Shown here in pieces: positions 38,933-56,268 of a DNA stretch of 64,000 nucleotides. Location of the stretch: assembly GCF_009914755.1 (NCBI RefSeq), contig NC_060936.1. One strand, written 5' to 3'. This DNA comes from the human T2T-CHM13v2.0 reference genome, Homo sapiens. The position numbers and the translations under genes are program-made. The notes below the pieces were generated by a model, which searched no databases, was not told the origin of the DNA, and saw only the letters and a list, made by a program, of their open reading frames with translations. Every line of letters begins with the position of its first letter. Positions within the stretch are counted from its first letter, which is position 1.

Positions 38933-39954
38933 TAATTAAAAATAAGAATAAATTCTGGGACATCTAGCTATTTGTGGCAATGGCCCCAGTACTCTTCATG
39001 TGGGAAACAGATCCCCAGAGAGGCCTAGCTCTTTAATGCTAGAGTGAGAGACTCCTAGAGCCGGGAGATAGTAGCACAGGGCTAGCAGCAGGGTTTTAAG
39101 AGGTAGGGGCCTTAGGTTAGCTGAGAGTGGTCAGAGGGGTGGGTTTTAAGGAAGAATACGGGTGTTGTTAGGGCCAGGCCAGGCTTGACTAAGGAAAATG
39201 CCATGAAGAAGCTAGTTTCTTGTTTGTTTGTTTGTTTTTTTGAGACAGAGTCTCACTCGGTCACCCAGGCTGAAACACAATCTCAGCTCACTGCAACCTC
39301 TGCCTCCCAGGCTCAAGCGACTCTTGTGCCTCAGCCTCCCGAGTAGCTGGGATTACAGACGCCTGCCACCACGTCTGGCTAACTTTTGTATTTTTAGTAC
39401 AGACTGGGTTTCGCCATGTTGGCCAGGCTGGTCTTGAACTCCTGACCTCAAGTGATCTGCCCGCCTCGGCTTCTGAAAGTGCTGGGATTACAGTTGTCAG
39501 ACATTGGTGCCTGGCCAAAGCTAGTTTCTTGAGCCTTCCCACCACTCCCATCAGTGCCTTCTCCCTCTTCTCCACCACCTCCCTTCCCTAGTCCTCCCCT
39601 CATCCCTGAACCCAGACCTCCTCTCTAGACACAGCCTGTGTCTCCCTCCTGCTGCATCTCCCACTCCCTGCGAGTAGCTCTTGGCTGACTGTGCCTGGGA
39701 AGTGCTATGCTATTTGGGGGCAGGTGGAACCTTCTTGACACAGCTGGGCACCTTGGTTGGGCTACATGGTTGGGCTACATCATATGATTAGGCTGGGGAG
39801 CTGTTGGGTGATACCATAGACAGTATGAGGGATACTGGGATCCACGTTTGGATATTTAATGCAACCAAGAATAAGGCTAGGGTTAGGCTCCACGACTCCC
39901 TGTGGCTTACCGGACCTACCAAAGCCTCTCTCAACTGGGCCCCAACCCACTCTT

Positions 39955-40180
39955 GTACGGGGCTGAGTTACCCAGTAGGCACAGCAGGTGCAGTGCCCAG
40001 GGCCCATAGAAATGTTTTAGCTTCTTTTAAAACCAGAAGAAATAAAGTAAATCCAATCAGCCTGGATTACATTCATCTTTATACCAACATAGTCATAACA
40101 TTAATTTTTTTTTGAATGGAGCAAGAGCTCCGTGAAGGCTAAAGTGCCTAGGGCCCCTGAAATTCATGATGTAACTCTGA
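39955..40180 (-). mobile_element. MER96B-like hAT element
   Basis: AGTGCCCAGGGCCC...AAAAGTGCCTAGGGCCC motifs. Confidence 0.5.
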
Positions 40181-40704
40181 TCTTCCAGCTTCTACACCAG
40201 TCACTCCCTCACCCCAATGTCCTCTGGGTTTCTCAGACCCACTGGGGCCACATGTCCTCTGTGGCTTTGCTCCTGCCAGGCTGCTGCCTGTGTAACAACT
40301 CTGCTTATTGAGCCCTTCCCATCTGAGGACTCATCTTCCGAGGTCTTAGGTCAAACATTGCCATCTTTGTGAGGCCTTATCTGATTCCCTAAGTGGAAGG
40401 AATTGCTCCTTCTAACTCATCCAGCACCTCTTGGAGCATCTCCAGGCTTGCTATGATTTGCTTACATTTAGCGTGTGAGTTCCACGGGGACAGGACCTCG
40501 TTTGACGTCTCACGTCTCCACGTGCTTGACACAATACATAAGCTAGATTTAGGGCCAGAGAATGTTTGGGGACATGAGACAGTGGCTGTAACAGAACTTT
40601 TCAGATGTGTGTGGTTCTTCATAGCCCAAATCAACTGATTCAGCTAAGGGACAACACAGGTAAGAGAACACAACGCGAGTTTCCTTGACCAATGCCAGAA
40701 AACC

Positions 40705-40710
40705 TTTATT
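40705..40710 (-). terminator. GALNT6: Candidate GALNT6 polyadenylation signal AATAAA
   Basis: tttatt on the + strand about 2.5 kb downstream of the stop, in unique sequence, followed on the minus strand by a GT-rich tract. Other sites may also be used. Confidence 0.6.
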
Positions 40711-41484
40711 TCCACCGAGACCTCTCATCCAATTCTCTTCTTTCCGGGAACTTTTTCCCTTCCCTACTCCAGGTCGTACCCTGGCCACTCCTTTCCTTTT
40801 GGCTGGCCAATGTCTCCTCTGTAGGCTCCAGAAGGCTCTCAGGGATGCAGGCGGCCTCCCGCAGGGTTGAGTTGCAATGGGAACAAAGACAGCTGTGGTC
40901 CCATAGCACCCTCATCTGGTGACATCCTGCTACTGACAGTCAAAAGAAGCCTTCCCAGATGAAATTTTAGTCCTCTGCGCAGCCATGCTCTTCTTCCAGC
41001 AAAAGAGCCATGTGCAGTCGGGTCTGCTCCCCATGGGGGCTTTGATGTGGGCCCAGCAGTGGATCAGCCTTCCAGACACGCTCAACTCTGCACACTCTTC
41101 CTGCCGCCTCAGGCTTTCCAGGACCCTCCCGAGCCTTATCAGAGTCCTTACCCTCAGGGCTACTGATACCTTGCTGGGTGACCTTGGACAGATTCACTTA
41201 CCTGGACTCAGTTTCATAATATGAAAATGATAGGGTTGGGCTACGTGATTTTCACGTTGTGCTTCCAGATTGTTAGAAGTTAGGGGCTGAAAGGCATTAC
41301 CTGTCCCTCTCTCAATTTCACTCATGCTACTTTGTTTTTTTAATCTACCTTTTATATGGGGCTTAGAAAAAAGGGTTCTGGGACAAACCTGAGAATCACT
41401 GGCTCCAGGAGCTTTCTTTTAACACTAACATCCCAGGATTCCTAAGTGTGCTCTCTCCACAATGGCTACCTGGCCCTGTTTTTC

Positions 41485-42906
<1,422 letters not shown>

Positions 42907-43188
42907 TGAACCCTCCCCCAGCTGCCTTCCCTACTTTGGGAGCCTCTATTTCTAGAACAGGAAAACGCTAGGCTAAATATATGTCCTAATGGTCTCTTCC
43001 ATCGGTGTGAAGGAAAGAAAATGGGCCCAATGTTGTTGCAAGGATTAGGAAGGTCCTGCCTTGCCACCCAGTGGGTTTAGAAATCCATCTTTACGGCCTC
43101 CAGAGAAGCTGGTGATCAGGTTCCCAGACATCAGCAATCCTGTTTCCTGAGGAGCTTGTGGGGGCTCTCTCTGGGGATGATCTGGGTC

Positions 43189-43302
43189 CTAGACAAAGAG
43201 CCACAACTGATGGGGGTCACTGGGATTGCAGGGGGCCATGGCTGGCTTTTTGTCCTGGGATGTCAGGCAGGTACCAGATCCTGAGTTCCTGATGAGCTGA
43301 TC
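43189..43302 (-). CDS. GALNT6: GALNT6 last coding exon (DQLIRNSGSGTCLTSQDKKPAMAPCNPSDPHQLWLFV-stop; ricin-B lectin gamma repeat)
   Basis: cttttag|GAT CAG CTC...TTT GTC TAG. 114 nt. QxW lectin motif. Confidence 0.96.
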   Translation of the reverse strand, partial: DQLIRNSGSGTCLTSQDKKPAMAPCNPSDPHQLWLFV

Positions 43303-43955
43303 CTAAAAGATGACAAAGCAAAAGGTCAGTCTGGGCCACAGACCTCTTAACGGTGCTACCAGGGACAATGCGATGGGGTGCAATTGACAAAAGCCAAGGG
43401 AACCCCACAAGGCACAAAGAAGACACTTCCCCATTCCTTTCCTGCCCTCTCATGAGACACATTCCTGAGTTCCCACCTCTATCTGGTGCCAAATCCCCAT
43501 CCCTAGCTTCAGACTGAGTGGATGAAATGGTGAAAGACAAGACCATGGGCTGAGAGAAAAATGCTTTCAGGGCCTCCCGCACCCCCAGATGGCCAGGCTC
43601 AAAGACCCAGGGCCACTGCTCCACCTCCAATTTTCTGCCTTGGATTATGTTTAGACTGCTCCCTTCCCTGCAGCCTCCAGGTTAGGTTCCTCTTTCCTAA
43701 GCTGGGGTGGAGTAGGGAGGCTCACTTGGGGTGCTGGCTTGAGCTCAGCATGGTGGCGGTTACATGGCATATCCTGGAGCAGTGTGGTGTAATGGAAAGA
43801 GCCCGTGCTTTCAAGTCAGACCCATCTGGGGCTAAATCCCAGGCCTGCCATTTACTAGTGATGGGTCTTGGGCCAGTCACAGACATGCTGGGCTTCCTCC
43901 GGCTCCAGCTCATCTGTAGAAACAGTGACTATTCCTGCTTGGAAAGAGCCTCTGA

Positions 43956-44513
<558 letters not shown>

Positions 44514-44615
44514 TGATCTGCCCTCCTCGGCCTCTCAAAGTGCTGGGATTACAGGCGTGAGCCACCACACCTGGCCTCAAGTTCTTGATTCTGAGCTTTC
44601 TGGACACTGACTCAC

Positions 44616-45208
<593 letters not shown>

Positions 45209-45301
45209 TTAAGCTAGAGTGTGGTGGCATGATCATAGCTCACTGCAACCTTGAATTCGTTTGTTCAAGCGATCCTCCATGTCAGCTTCCTGAGTAGCTG
45301 A

Positions 45302-45466
<165 letters not shown>

Positions 45467-46156
45467 TAATCATATTTCCTTTAAATTAGATTAAAATTCA
45501 ATTTAACTTAGCCTCATTTTAAGTAACATCCGTGAAATCATGTGATATGCTTGTTCTATTTTTGCTAATACATTACTATTAAAATAAAAAATGTTCTCCA
45601 GTGCACCACTGGAAATCATCTTGCAGGCCAGTGGTACAGGAAACTGCTGTAGAATGACTGTCTTCACCTACATATGCCAGCGGGCTTGTTCAGTGACCCA
45701 CACCACTCCTTTCCCCACTCTGGCTCTGTTTTCAGTGCCTCTCACTTACTAGTGCTGGGCACCTAGTTTTGGGGTCACTGGAAGGTGGTAGGATCAGAGT
45801 GGTAGCTTCTGGGCAGAGGATGCATTGAAGATAGAAGTTGAGTGCAGGTGATGGGATGTGCTGGAAAATTTTCCACCCTCACCCCTAAATATCCCCCAGC
45901 AGCTAGCCTCCTCAAGCCTCCTCTGATGAACAACCCTCCCTCCCATCCCCTTCTCACACCCAGCACCGATGCCTCGTTCTCTCCGGATGTCCCTTATTCA
46001 GACCTTGTGTGTGTTATGCCTTCTCCTCCGACTGGAAGCTTCCTGAGGGCAGGGATGGTATCTCCTCCCTCCCAGTCCTCAGGAAAGGACTCTTTAGGGT
46101 AGAGAAAAGGAGCCGGTGAGGAGAGGAGATGCTCCGGAGATGGGTGGGCTGCATAC

Positions 46157-46258
46157 CTGGTTGCCGCCAAGGCCGTGGCAGGAGTACATGATGAGGGGCT
46201 TCCCCCCGCGGTTGTTCTCACCCACATCCAGGCATTGGTTGGTGCCGAGGTTCTTGAT
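46157..46258 (-). CDS. GALNT6: GALNT6 exon ([34 protein letters not shown]; lectin alpha repeat)
   Basis: ctgcag|ATC AAG...AAC CAG|gtatgc. 102 nt. CLD motif. Confidence 0.97.
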
Positions 46259-46561
46259 CTGCAGAAGGGTGAGCAGAGAGGGGAAGCAGGATGGCACAGT
46301 CAGGAGGTTCCTCATGTGTGGTATGGGGCCCCACTGGAACAAATTCCAGTCAACTGCAACAAATTTGCATGGCTGGATTTCCCCCGTCATTTCTCTCCTC
46401 TGTGCGTTAACCCACATGCCTGGAGCTAACAGCAAAGTGAGCTGCAGAGCCCCAGAGGCTGGAAAGGGCAGGACTGAACCCCTCTGTGGGGCAGGCAGGG
46501 AACCTCCCAGGATGCCAGGTCCCTGGAAGAAGCCCTCAGCACGTGGGAGTTTCCTTATAAG

Positions 46562-46737
46562 CAGTGGTTCTCAAATGTGAGCCCTGGACCATCAGCATCA
46601 CCTGGAGACTCGTGAGAAATGCAAGTTTTCAGACCTCCCCTGAGGCCTTCTGAATCAGGAACTCTGGGGATGGGCCCTAGCGTTTTACCGTGCCTTCCTG
46701 GTGATTCTGATGCATGCTAATGTTTCAGGACCACTGC
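46562..46737 (+). mobile_element. MER5A-type hAT element
   Basis: CAGTGGTTCTCAAA...GGACCACTG termini and the AGCATCACCTGG core. Confidence 0.85.
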
Positions 46738-46937
46738 TTGTGGGTTGTTTTGCCCTTTATAAGGTTTTTTGCTATCTCTAGAAGCCCCAACGTGGCCTCT
46801 CAGTCCTCCTCCTGGATAAAGGAGGGTGCAGGGCAAAACTCAATTCTTGTTTGTCATCCATCTGTGGGGTCAGTGGTCTTGAACTTCTCCAAGGGGTGCT
46901 GTGGTGATGGGCAGGCAGGTTGGTTCTCAAGACTTAC

Positions 46938-47408
<471 letters not shown>

Positions 47409-47939
47409 AGTTCCACCAGTCTTTGACCTTCCTGTCTGGGCTGAAGTAGTGCAGATAGCATGGAGCGCCTGGGGCTACTGTCTCTCATGTTCATTCCCAC
47501 TCAGGACCTGTTAAAGATACTGGCCCAGCCCTCACATCCAATCCCAAAAACCCCGCCTTAGCTTTGGAGTCCCCTGCTTATCGGTCCATCTCCTGTGACT
47601 CCCCAGACAATTATGTCCCACTCCCCAGTGCCGAGGCTCTCAGAGCCATTCCTCCAAAGCCTCCAAAGCCTCCGTAAGAGGCTTTTCCTCCAAATCTCCT
47701 TTCCCTCCCTTCCCCTCCAAAGGGATGCAGAGACTCTATGCGTAGGGACAACATTCTCTAGCTTTTGAAACCTATGTGCCTTGTGGCCTTCTCCTGGGCT
47801 CTAGCTCACAGGTCCCTGAGGGTGAAGGGAGGCGCCAGATGGTAGAGATGAGGTGGGTCCCAGCCATTAGGCCCATGAACAGGGTCTGGGGGCCGTACTT
47901 CTCTTCATCTAAACCTCTCCGAGAACCATTTCCTCTCAC

Positions 47940-48140
47940 CTCTTGGGCCATCTTTGCTGCCTGCAGATTTCTCCTATAGAAAATCTTCTTGTAGCTGTCC
48001 ATCCAGACCTCTGCCAGGCGCACTTGATTGCGAGCAATGACACTAGTGCCCTTGGGGAAGGTGTGGGGGCTCTTGGTCCGGAACACATGGCCTACGACAG
48101 AGCAGGGGATGATCTCCAGCTGGCCCCCACACTGCCACAC
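47940..48140 (-). CDS. GALNT6: GALNT6 exon ([21 protein letters not shown]...AKMAQE)
   Basis: acatcag|GTG TGG CAG...CAA GAG|gtgaga. 201 nt. PCS-VGHVFR motif. Confidence 0.97.
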
Positions 48141-49528
48141 CTGATGTAAGAGGAGACAGGATGAGGCCTTCAGTGGGCTAGGTGAGACAGTCTCCCCATA
48201 AGCAGCTCTATTCTATTCCCAGAGCACCAGACCCCAGGTCCAAGGACTTGGGCAAATGCTGCTCTCTCTCCCTGGGAAAAAGGATACCGACCAGGCTTCT
48301 TCCTAGGCCATGACTACACGATCCCAGGCTTTCTGATGTTGGTTCACTCTGACTTAAGCACAGGGAGACTGCAGGGTCCTGTGTTTACCAGGGCCCACTT
48401 TAGGGAAAAGCCTGCTGGTTAATTTTTGTTACCTGTGCCTGTATACCTACTCTGAGCTCTGATCACTTGGCTTTTTGACCTGGAAATGTGAGTTTATCAG
48501 CTCCCTCAGGTGATAAAAACCAGAGCATCAGTCTGTTAATTAATAGCAAGGATAGTTGGCTGCTAGGTGGCTAGTGGTAGTCACTTGGGCCCTTAGCACA
48601 CTGGCTGCCTAGGAAGGTGAACAGAGGTCAGAGGCTCATGGAGGAGCCTAGGATTGGGCCGCTGGGAGTTGGGGTGACTGGCAGGTGACCCTTTTCTATG
48701 CTGGTGGGCTGGCTGAAGACATCCCTCCCACTGGTTTCTTCTTTTGGGTTTTAGGTGGGAAAGTATGTTGTTATTCATTTTAGTGTGGCAGCAACAGAAA
48801 TACATAATCGTTATAGTAACAGCAGGCATCAATTACGTGCTTAATATGCATCAGGCACCGTGAGAGGTGACTTCATAAATGAGCTCATCTACTTACTAAT
48901 TACTTTTCCATGGCATGGAGATTTGTGTAGGTTTCATGGAGAGGCAATCCTTGCTTCCTGACCTAATCCTGATTTGCCTAATTCCTGGAATCTCTCAGAG
49001 TTCTGGGGTCCACCAGAGTTGGGGCCACCATCTTCTCTGACTGTTATGAAGGGCTTATTGTACATAGGTAGGGAAACTTCAAAGGTTACCAGGGCATGTG
49101 TCCTTTGAACTGGGAAGGGGAGCCTGATTTTTCCAGAAAAAGGATGATGACTGGTTACTCATCTGTTTTTTTTTTCTAGCCCTAGTTGTGAACATACTAA
49201 CCTGTTTCTATCTTCACCCTAACCCTTTCCCACAGACATCGCAAAAGAGTCCCCAGTCACCAGATGTCCAGTCCTCATTACCCCTATTATTCCTTGCCTC
49301 TGAGAAGTTGTGCCCAGTAGTTTGTTTTGAGCTGTCCAGGCTGACTGCCCAAGCCCTACTGCCATGGACAGGGGGAGCAGAAAAGAGGAAGAGGCACACT
49401 GGGAAATAGCCACCCTTTCTAGTTCAGTTCCAGATGGGATGTCCCTGATGCCACCTCTGCCTGAGAGATGTTTCTCAAGCTGTCGCCTGGGATGTTGTGG
49501 TTCCCCCCAAAGCCCTCTTCACTCTCAC

Positions 49529-49646
49529 CCGGAAGGACATTTCCACGTTCTCCCCTCCCCAGATCTCCATCTGATTATCATAGGTACCGATGTGCTCAAA
49601 GTAGGACTTGGAGATGGAGAAGAGGCCACCAGCAAACGTCGGGGAT
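49529..49646 (-). CDS. GALNT6: GALNT6 exon ([39 protein letters not shown])
   Basis: ctccag|A TCC CCG ACG...TTC CGG|gtgaga. 118 nt. AGGLF and WGGEN motifs. Confidence 0.97.
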
Positions 49647-52600
49647 CTGGAGGGACAGAGGGAGAAGTGTGTGCATCTTCTGGGAGAGGAGGAGCGGAGC
49701 CTGGCGGGGAAAGCTGTTTGTGGACTCCCCTCCTAACCCACCTCCCCCTCCTTTCCTCTTTCTCAGGACGTGCAGCCCCTCATCCACTAACTCACTCATC
49801 ATTTAGCTTTTACTATGTCCTCTTCCCCTTCTAGGACCAGGTCAAGGAAATATGTAATTATCCTCTAAAAGGCACTCATTCATTCGTTCAACCTAGGATG
49901 CACGTAACACTGGCCACCAGGGCCCGTGCTACATGATGGACACACAGAACGGAGAAAGACAGATCCTATTCCCCCAGAGCTCAATCTAGTCACAGAGGTT
50001 AAAGCTACCATTAGTTACTTTTTGGCAGCAAAGTGCCTGGAGCCTAGGAGATACTCAACTTTCAGAAGCTGTGTGAAATTGTTTTTGAAAATAGGCAGGA
50101 TTCAAACCATGAATAAATGAATGAATGAATATTGTCAGCTGGGCTGACTCCATTCTGTTTCAGGGCCCCTGCCCCTCAGGGACTATTAAGCCACAGTTTT
50201 AGTAGGCGCCTAGCCCTGGTGATTTACACTGCATGAGAAACTGTAGATTTGGGGAGAAGTTGCCAGTTGCTTTTAACAGAGAAAGCTGATAAAAGGTGCT
50301 CCTGGAAACAGTGGAAAGTCAGGTGAGATCAAGCTCAATTTGGGCTACAGGGAACATTTAGAAGGTTATAAAAAGATTCTGGCTTTCAGACACAGGCAGG
50401 GAGGTGTGGACTCAAGATAAGATAAATTGACAAAAACATCTAATTCCTAGAATTTAGATACCAGGTTGCTTCGAAGAGGGACTGGGCTAAGCGTTAGGGT
50501 ATCGAAGCGGACCCGGGGAAGTATAAGCAAGATGGAATGCTGGGGTGGGGGCCGGTGAGACATGGCAGGAGCACAATCATCAGCTGCTGGTTTCTGTTTG
50601 GGCCAGCCTGGCATGGCTAGGGCTTTGCTGCCCTCAGTGGGCAGCTTCATGTGGTACAACCAAGCAGAAAGATACAGAACCCCTGTAACCCCAGAACCTA
50701 TCTAGGTGCCTTACACACAGCTGGGGCCCAATCACTGTTCATTCGCATGATCCATCAAGGTGCCTACCCAGGAATGTGACCCTGGTGTTACCCTGTGGTT
50801 GCTCTTGTCTACCCGAAGTTGGCTCCTGCAGCCACTTTCTGGAAGGAATTTCAGTCGTGCTCAGGCTGGCTTCCTATCACTTTGGAAGAGGCTCTGGCCT
50901 CTCCCAGGGGTCTTAAACCAGCACAAGTAGCACCCTGAGAGGCTCAGAGAGTGCTGGAACTGCAGAGGAGCACTTGGAAGCCAACCTGCTTCCTCCCCCA
51001 CAGGCCCTGAGTCTTGTCTTTGAGAAGTCTCCCAGACCGAGAAGTCACTGATGGATTAGCCATGAGGACAAACCCTGCATGGGAAGCTTCACTGTAAATT
51101 CACAACCACAGGCAACCTCTAGTAAACACCCTTTATGTCCTGGCCTACCCCTAGAATCCCCCAGGTCCTCTGCCTCTCCTCTTAGGCTCTGGTTGGCTTG
51201 AGATGGGAGGCCGGGAGGGGACTGTCAGCAGTCCTCCTGGGGTGGGGGCGCTACATGAAGAGCCTCGGCAAGCCATGCATGCTACCGGGGCACGTGGGCC
51301 AAGGAGCACATTCATTCCTCAAACACTGGAGCTTTGTCTTCCAGTTGTATGGCCCTTGGACATTGAAGCCTGCGACGTCAGTGATGGGTGGGGGCCAGGT
51401 GCCCTCTTTCTGACTGTGCTGCTGTGTGCCTGGTCACTGGCATGGGGGTGGGGGTGGGGATCTGTTGCAGTGCACACCAAACAAAAGGCAGCTATGAAAC
51501 AAACATTGGGTCAGTGGAAAGTTCCAATTTCTTTTCTCTCTTTTGCCTTTTCCTTTCCCTCTCTCCTTCTAATGGAGACAGAGCAGCTGGCTGTTCAGGA
51601 TCTGTGGGATTTCTCCCTGTGGCATTCACCTGAGTTCCTTTCTACTGGGACTCTGAGCAGGTTTTTTTTTTTTTCTTTTTCTTTTTTAAGAGATGGGGTC
51701 TTGCTATGCTGCCCAGGCTGTTGTTAAACTCCTGAGCTCAAGCAATCCACCTAATCCACCTCAGCCTCTCATCTAGCTGGGATTACAGGTGTGGGCCACT
51801 GTGCCTGGCATGGACAGCATTTTTTAGGATTCTGGGCACGTGGAGAGGAAGAAGCACCAATCCTTTCCTCCTTTCAAACCTTCCCTCTTATCTCTGGCTA
51901 CTGTATCTCCAACCTCTGCATCCCTCCGTCCTGGATGTATATTCAGTTGAGCCTTAAGTATACTGGCCAGTCTAAGATAACAATGACACAAATAATCCCA
52001 AACCACAGGCTACACTAAAAGTCACTCCTCAACTTGGTTTGTCTGAGACAACTGTTAAAATAAACTTACAGTCTCCAATAACACCAACAGGCTGCCTGGA
52101 GAGGGGAGGATGGGGTGAGTATAAGAGGGAAAGGTGAGCCCAGTGGGCATTAAACTGTGGGTTGACTTCCAATTGTCTACCCTGCAGCTCAGGGGCTGGC
52201 ACACAAGAGCCTGTGGGCAAAATCTGGCTGCCTGGTTTTAGAAGCCTCTGGGGCAAAAAATTATTTTTACATTTTTTAATGTTTGTAAAAAAAATAAAAA
52301 ATAAATAAGATGAAGAATATGCAGCAAACTATATGTGGCTGGCAAAGCCCAAAATATTTATCATCTGGCCCTTCACCAAAGAAGTTCAGGGCAACTGCTA
52401 CAAACTTCACGCTGCAGAAAATGTGTCTGTTTTCTTTTAGTATATTCTCAGTCTTTTCAAAGACAGTCACCTGGGGGCACATACCACTCCCTCTTATTAC
52501 AGTGACTATTCCACAATGGCCTCCATCACATCTCTTGCCCCATCTGCAAGCATGGGCCACTCCTTTTATGTGTAGGGAGGAATAAACTAAAGAATGTATA

Positions 52601-52928
52601 GCCCTTAGTTCAGTGCCTGGCACATGGTAAGTGGTGAATAAGAGCAAACTGTCATGGTGAATAAGAGCAGTGCCACGGTTAGGGCCAGACAGTCCGGGAA
52701 GTGTGTCCTTGCTCCACTGTTGCTAGCTGCATGATCTTAGGTCAGTGTTTATCACTATGAGCCTTAGTATTCTTAGTATTGTACCTGCTTCATAGGGAGT
52801 GAGGATTAATCACAATATGTCAAGTGCTTGATAGAGCACCTAACAAATGTTGATGTGAGATGGCACAGGTTCCTGGAACTGGGTAGGACTGGGGCCAGGT
52901 TGGGGGCTCACCAGGCTGCGGTCCTTAC

Positions 52929-53163
52929 TTGATGGGGTAGGTTTCATCCTTGCGCCTCTGCTTCTCATGTGGAGGAAGTGTTTCCCAGCCGAAGGTCAGG
53001 CTCCAGTCAAAGTTGCCTCGGCTATGGACTCTGCCCCTCTGGACGGGCTTGGCGAACTCAAAAGTATTAAGGTCGATGGTGACGATGTCTGGGCTCACCA
53101 CCACTGTCTTGTCCTCAGCGATTCGAGCCAGGAGGGGCTCCAGCCAGCCGTGGAAGCACTCAC
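52929..53163 (-). CDS. GALNT6: GALNT6 exon ([18 protein letters not shown]...KDETYPIK)
   Basis: cctgcag|GT GAG TGC...ATC AA|gtaagg. 235 nt. GWLEPLL motif. Confidence 0.97.
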
Positions 53164-54237
53164 CTGCAGGCCCCAACCAGGAGGCAGCAGTCAGGGCCCT
53201 GCCCACAGCAGAGCCCAAGCTGCATCCTGGAGGGAATGCCCAGGAGGATAAGAGACAGTCCACCTACTCCTGGGTTACAGGCAGCAAGCCCCACAGCTAC
53301 AGGGAGCACACAGAATTTCCTAAAACCCTTCTACCACCCCTCTACCCCCAAAGGCGGAGGCAGCTTTGGCAGGGAGAATGGAGGTCTCAGGGGAGTAACA
53401 TGGTCAACTCAGATGACCCAAAAGCACAGGGAGGCCCTGGATGGTATCTTCCGGGGTTCCAGCCGATCCATTGGCCCAGCCCTCCGGGCCCACGTGTGGA
53501 TTTCAGAAGAGGGTGTTCCCCCTCCCAGGGGCATCTGCATGTCAAGCTTCAGCCCTAATCGTAGAAGAATAATCTCTTTCATTTGTCTAGCTCCTTGAGA
53601 TTTTCAGTGAGCTTCTGCACGTATTATTACTTCATTCGGCCCTCAGAGTAATATTTCTGTTCAGTAAGGTTAGTATCCTCATTCCTATTTTATAAATGAG
53701 GAAACTGAGGCTGTTAGTGGGGCAGGGTCAGAATGCAAACCAAGAATTCTGACTCCAAGACTAGAGCTTCCCCTAATATATATCACCACTCCTAGGGAAA
53801 ATATTTCATCCTCCACAACAGTGGGGAAGTGTTTTGGTTTTGGGCAAGAAGGAGGCCTTCCTGGCTCCATGTTGCCCTAGAAGAAAGCCCCAAACAAGCC
53901 AGTTCTGTCATAGCAGGAGGCCTCTCTGAGGGGCCAAGCTCAGAGCAAGGTGCAGATGGGAGTACAGGGAGGGATGAATGTCCGGGGCCCCGGTGATCAC
54001 TGGAAATCACTTCCAGTGATTTTGGGGTCACCAGTTGTTTTAGGGATGTTTGTCTTCTTGATGAAACATCCTTGGGATTGGGGTGAGAAAGGGGTAGAGG
54101 CACCTGGAGTGGGTCCCAAGCCTCCTTCACTCCCGGAAGAGAGAACAGGAAGGGGCCTTGGGGAGGCTGTGGCCCTGGCTCATTCTAGCAGGGAGGGAGC
54201 CTCCAGGTTACACCCAGGCCGGTGCCCTGGTACTCAC

Positions 54238-54387
54238 AGTGGGCATCCAGGAACGTGAGCACCTCCGCCTGTGCCACGCTGGCCCCCAGCAGCCGGGCGG
54301 TGATCAGCCCCTTCCGCTCCTCCTGCCGCACCACCCTCACCACCTGCAGCTGCTTCACGTACTGCTCCAGCTTCTCCTTTAGGTGCT
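54238..54387 (-). CDS. GALNT6: GALNT6 first in-window exon ([14 protein letters not shown]...VLTFLDAH; DxH metal-binding motif)
   Basis: cttccag|AG CAC CTA...GCC CAC T|gtgagt. 150 nt. Upstream exons lie beyond the window end. Confidence 0.96.
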
Positions 54388-54852
54388 CTGGAAGGGACAG
54401 TGTCATTGTGGCCAGTCCACCACTTTGCTGTATACCCAATCCCCTGTGGGCACCAAGCTAGGGGCTCTCAGGCCTCTAGCAGGCCTGAATTTTAAACCCC
54501 CAACACCTGCTGTACTGAGCCATTCCACAGAAGCCGGAGCTGGGGAAGGAGGTTAACAGGGAAGATGGGGAGAGGAAGAAAGAAGCCCTGTCTGTGGTCA
54601 AAACTGCCTCACCAGGGCTCTGGCTCTGTGGTGCTAGATCCTATGCCTGTTCACCTGGGCACCCTCTCTAATGTCAGGGACAGCACCTCAGAGTTGTGTT
54701 TCTGTGGTCACGTATCAAGTACAAACTTTTTGTTGTTGTTGTTGAGATGGAGTCTCATTCTGTCACCCAGGCTGGAGTGCAATGGCGTGATCTTGGCTCA
54801 CTGCAACCTCCACCTCCTGGGCTCAAGTGATTCTCCTGCCTCAGCCTCCTGA

Positions 54853-55143
<291 letters not shown>

Positions 55144-55653
55144 TAGGATTCCCTGTCTCCCAGGCTCTTCACGGTAACGTCGATGGGTGGGCATACACAA
55201 ATGGTGACTCCTTGCTTGCTGGATCAGCAGCAGGACATCTGACTCTAATCCCCTTTGTAACCTCCTCTGCAGATAGAATTCTTTAAGGTGAAAACATGCC
55301 CAGCAGCTTTTTAATTATATTAAGAAAATACTTGCACCAAGCACCTACCATGGACCAGGCACAGTGGCGAGCCCAGCCGGCTTGACCATTTGTCCTAAGG
55401 AACAAACCACCCAGAAGCAAGGCTGACCAGGAAACAGGCAATTCCAGGGCAGGTGATCCATGATCTAACAGAGGTAGTGCTGGGGTGTGGGTCCCAAAGA
55501 AGGGCCAAATCTCCTGGATTTGAGGAGCGGGGAAAGCTTTTTGAAGGGAAGATGTCTCTACTGAGACCTCCAGCTCCTTTCAAAGAAGAGTTTTAGTTCA
55601 TGGCCCTGTAATTTAGTCTGAAATCCTCAGAGCATTAACAATAGCTCTATTCT

Positions 55654-56268
<615 letters not shown>

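Noticed and set aside
39754-39779. 13-bp tandem duplication tggttgggctaca x2 (a similar short repeat lies near 52632-52670)
   Set aside because: Ordinary slippage-scale duplications with no functional context.
52950-53558. 202-aa plus-strand ORF
   Set aside because: Antisense shadow of a GALNT6 exon plus GC-rich intron, with a non-ATG start.
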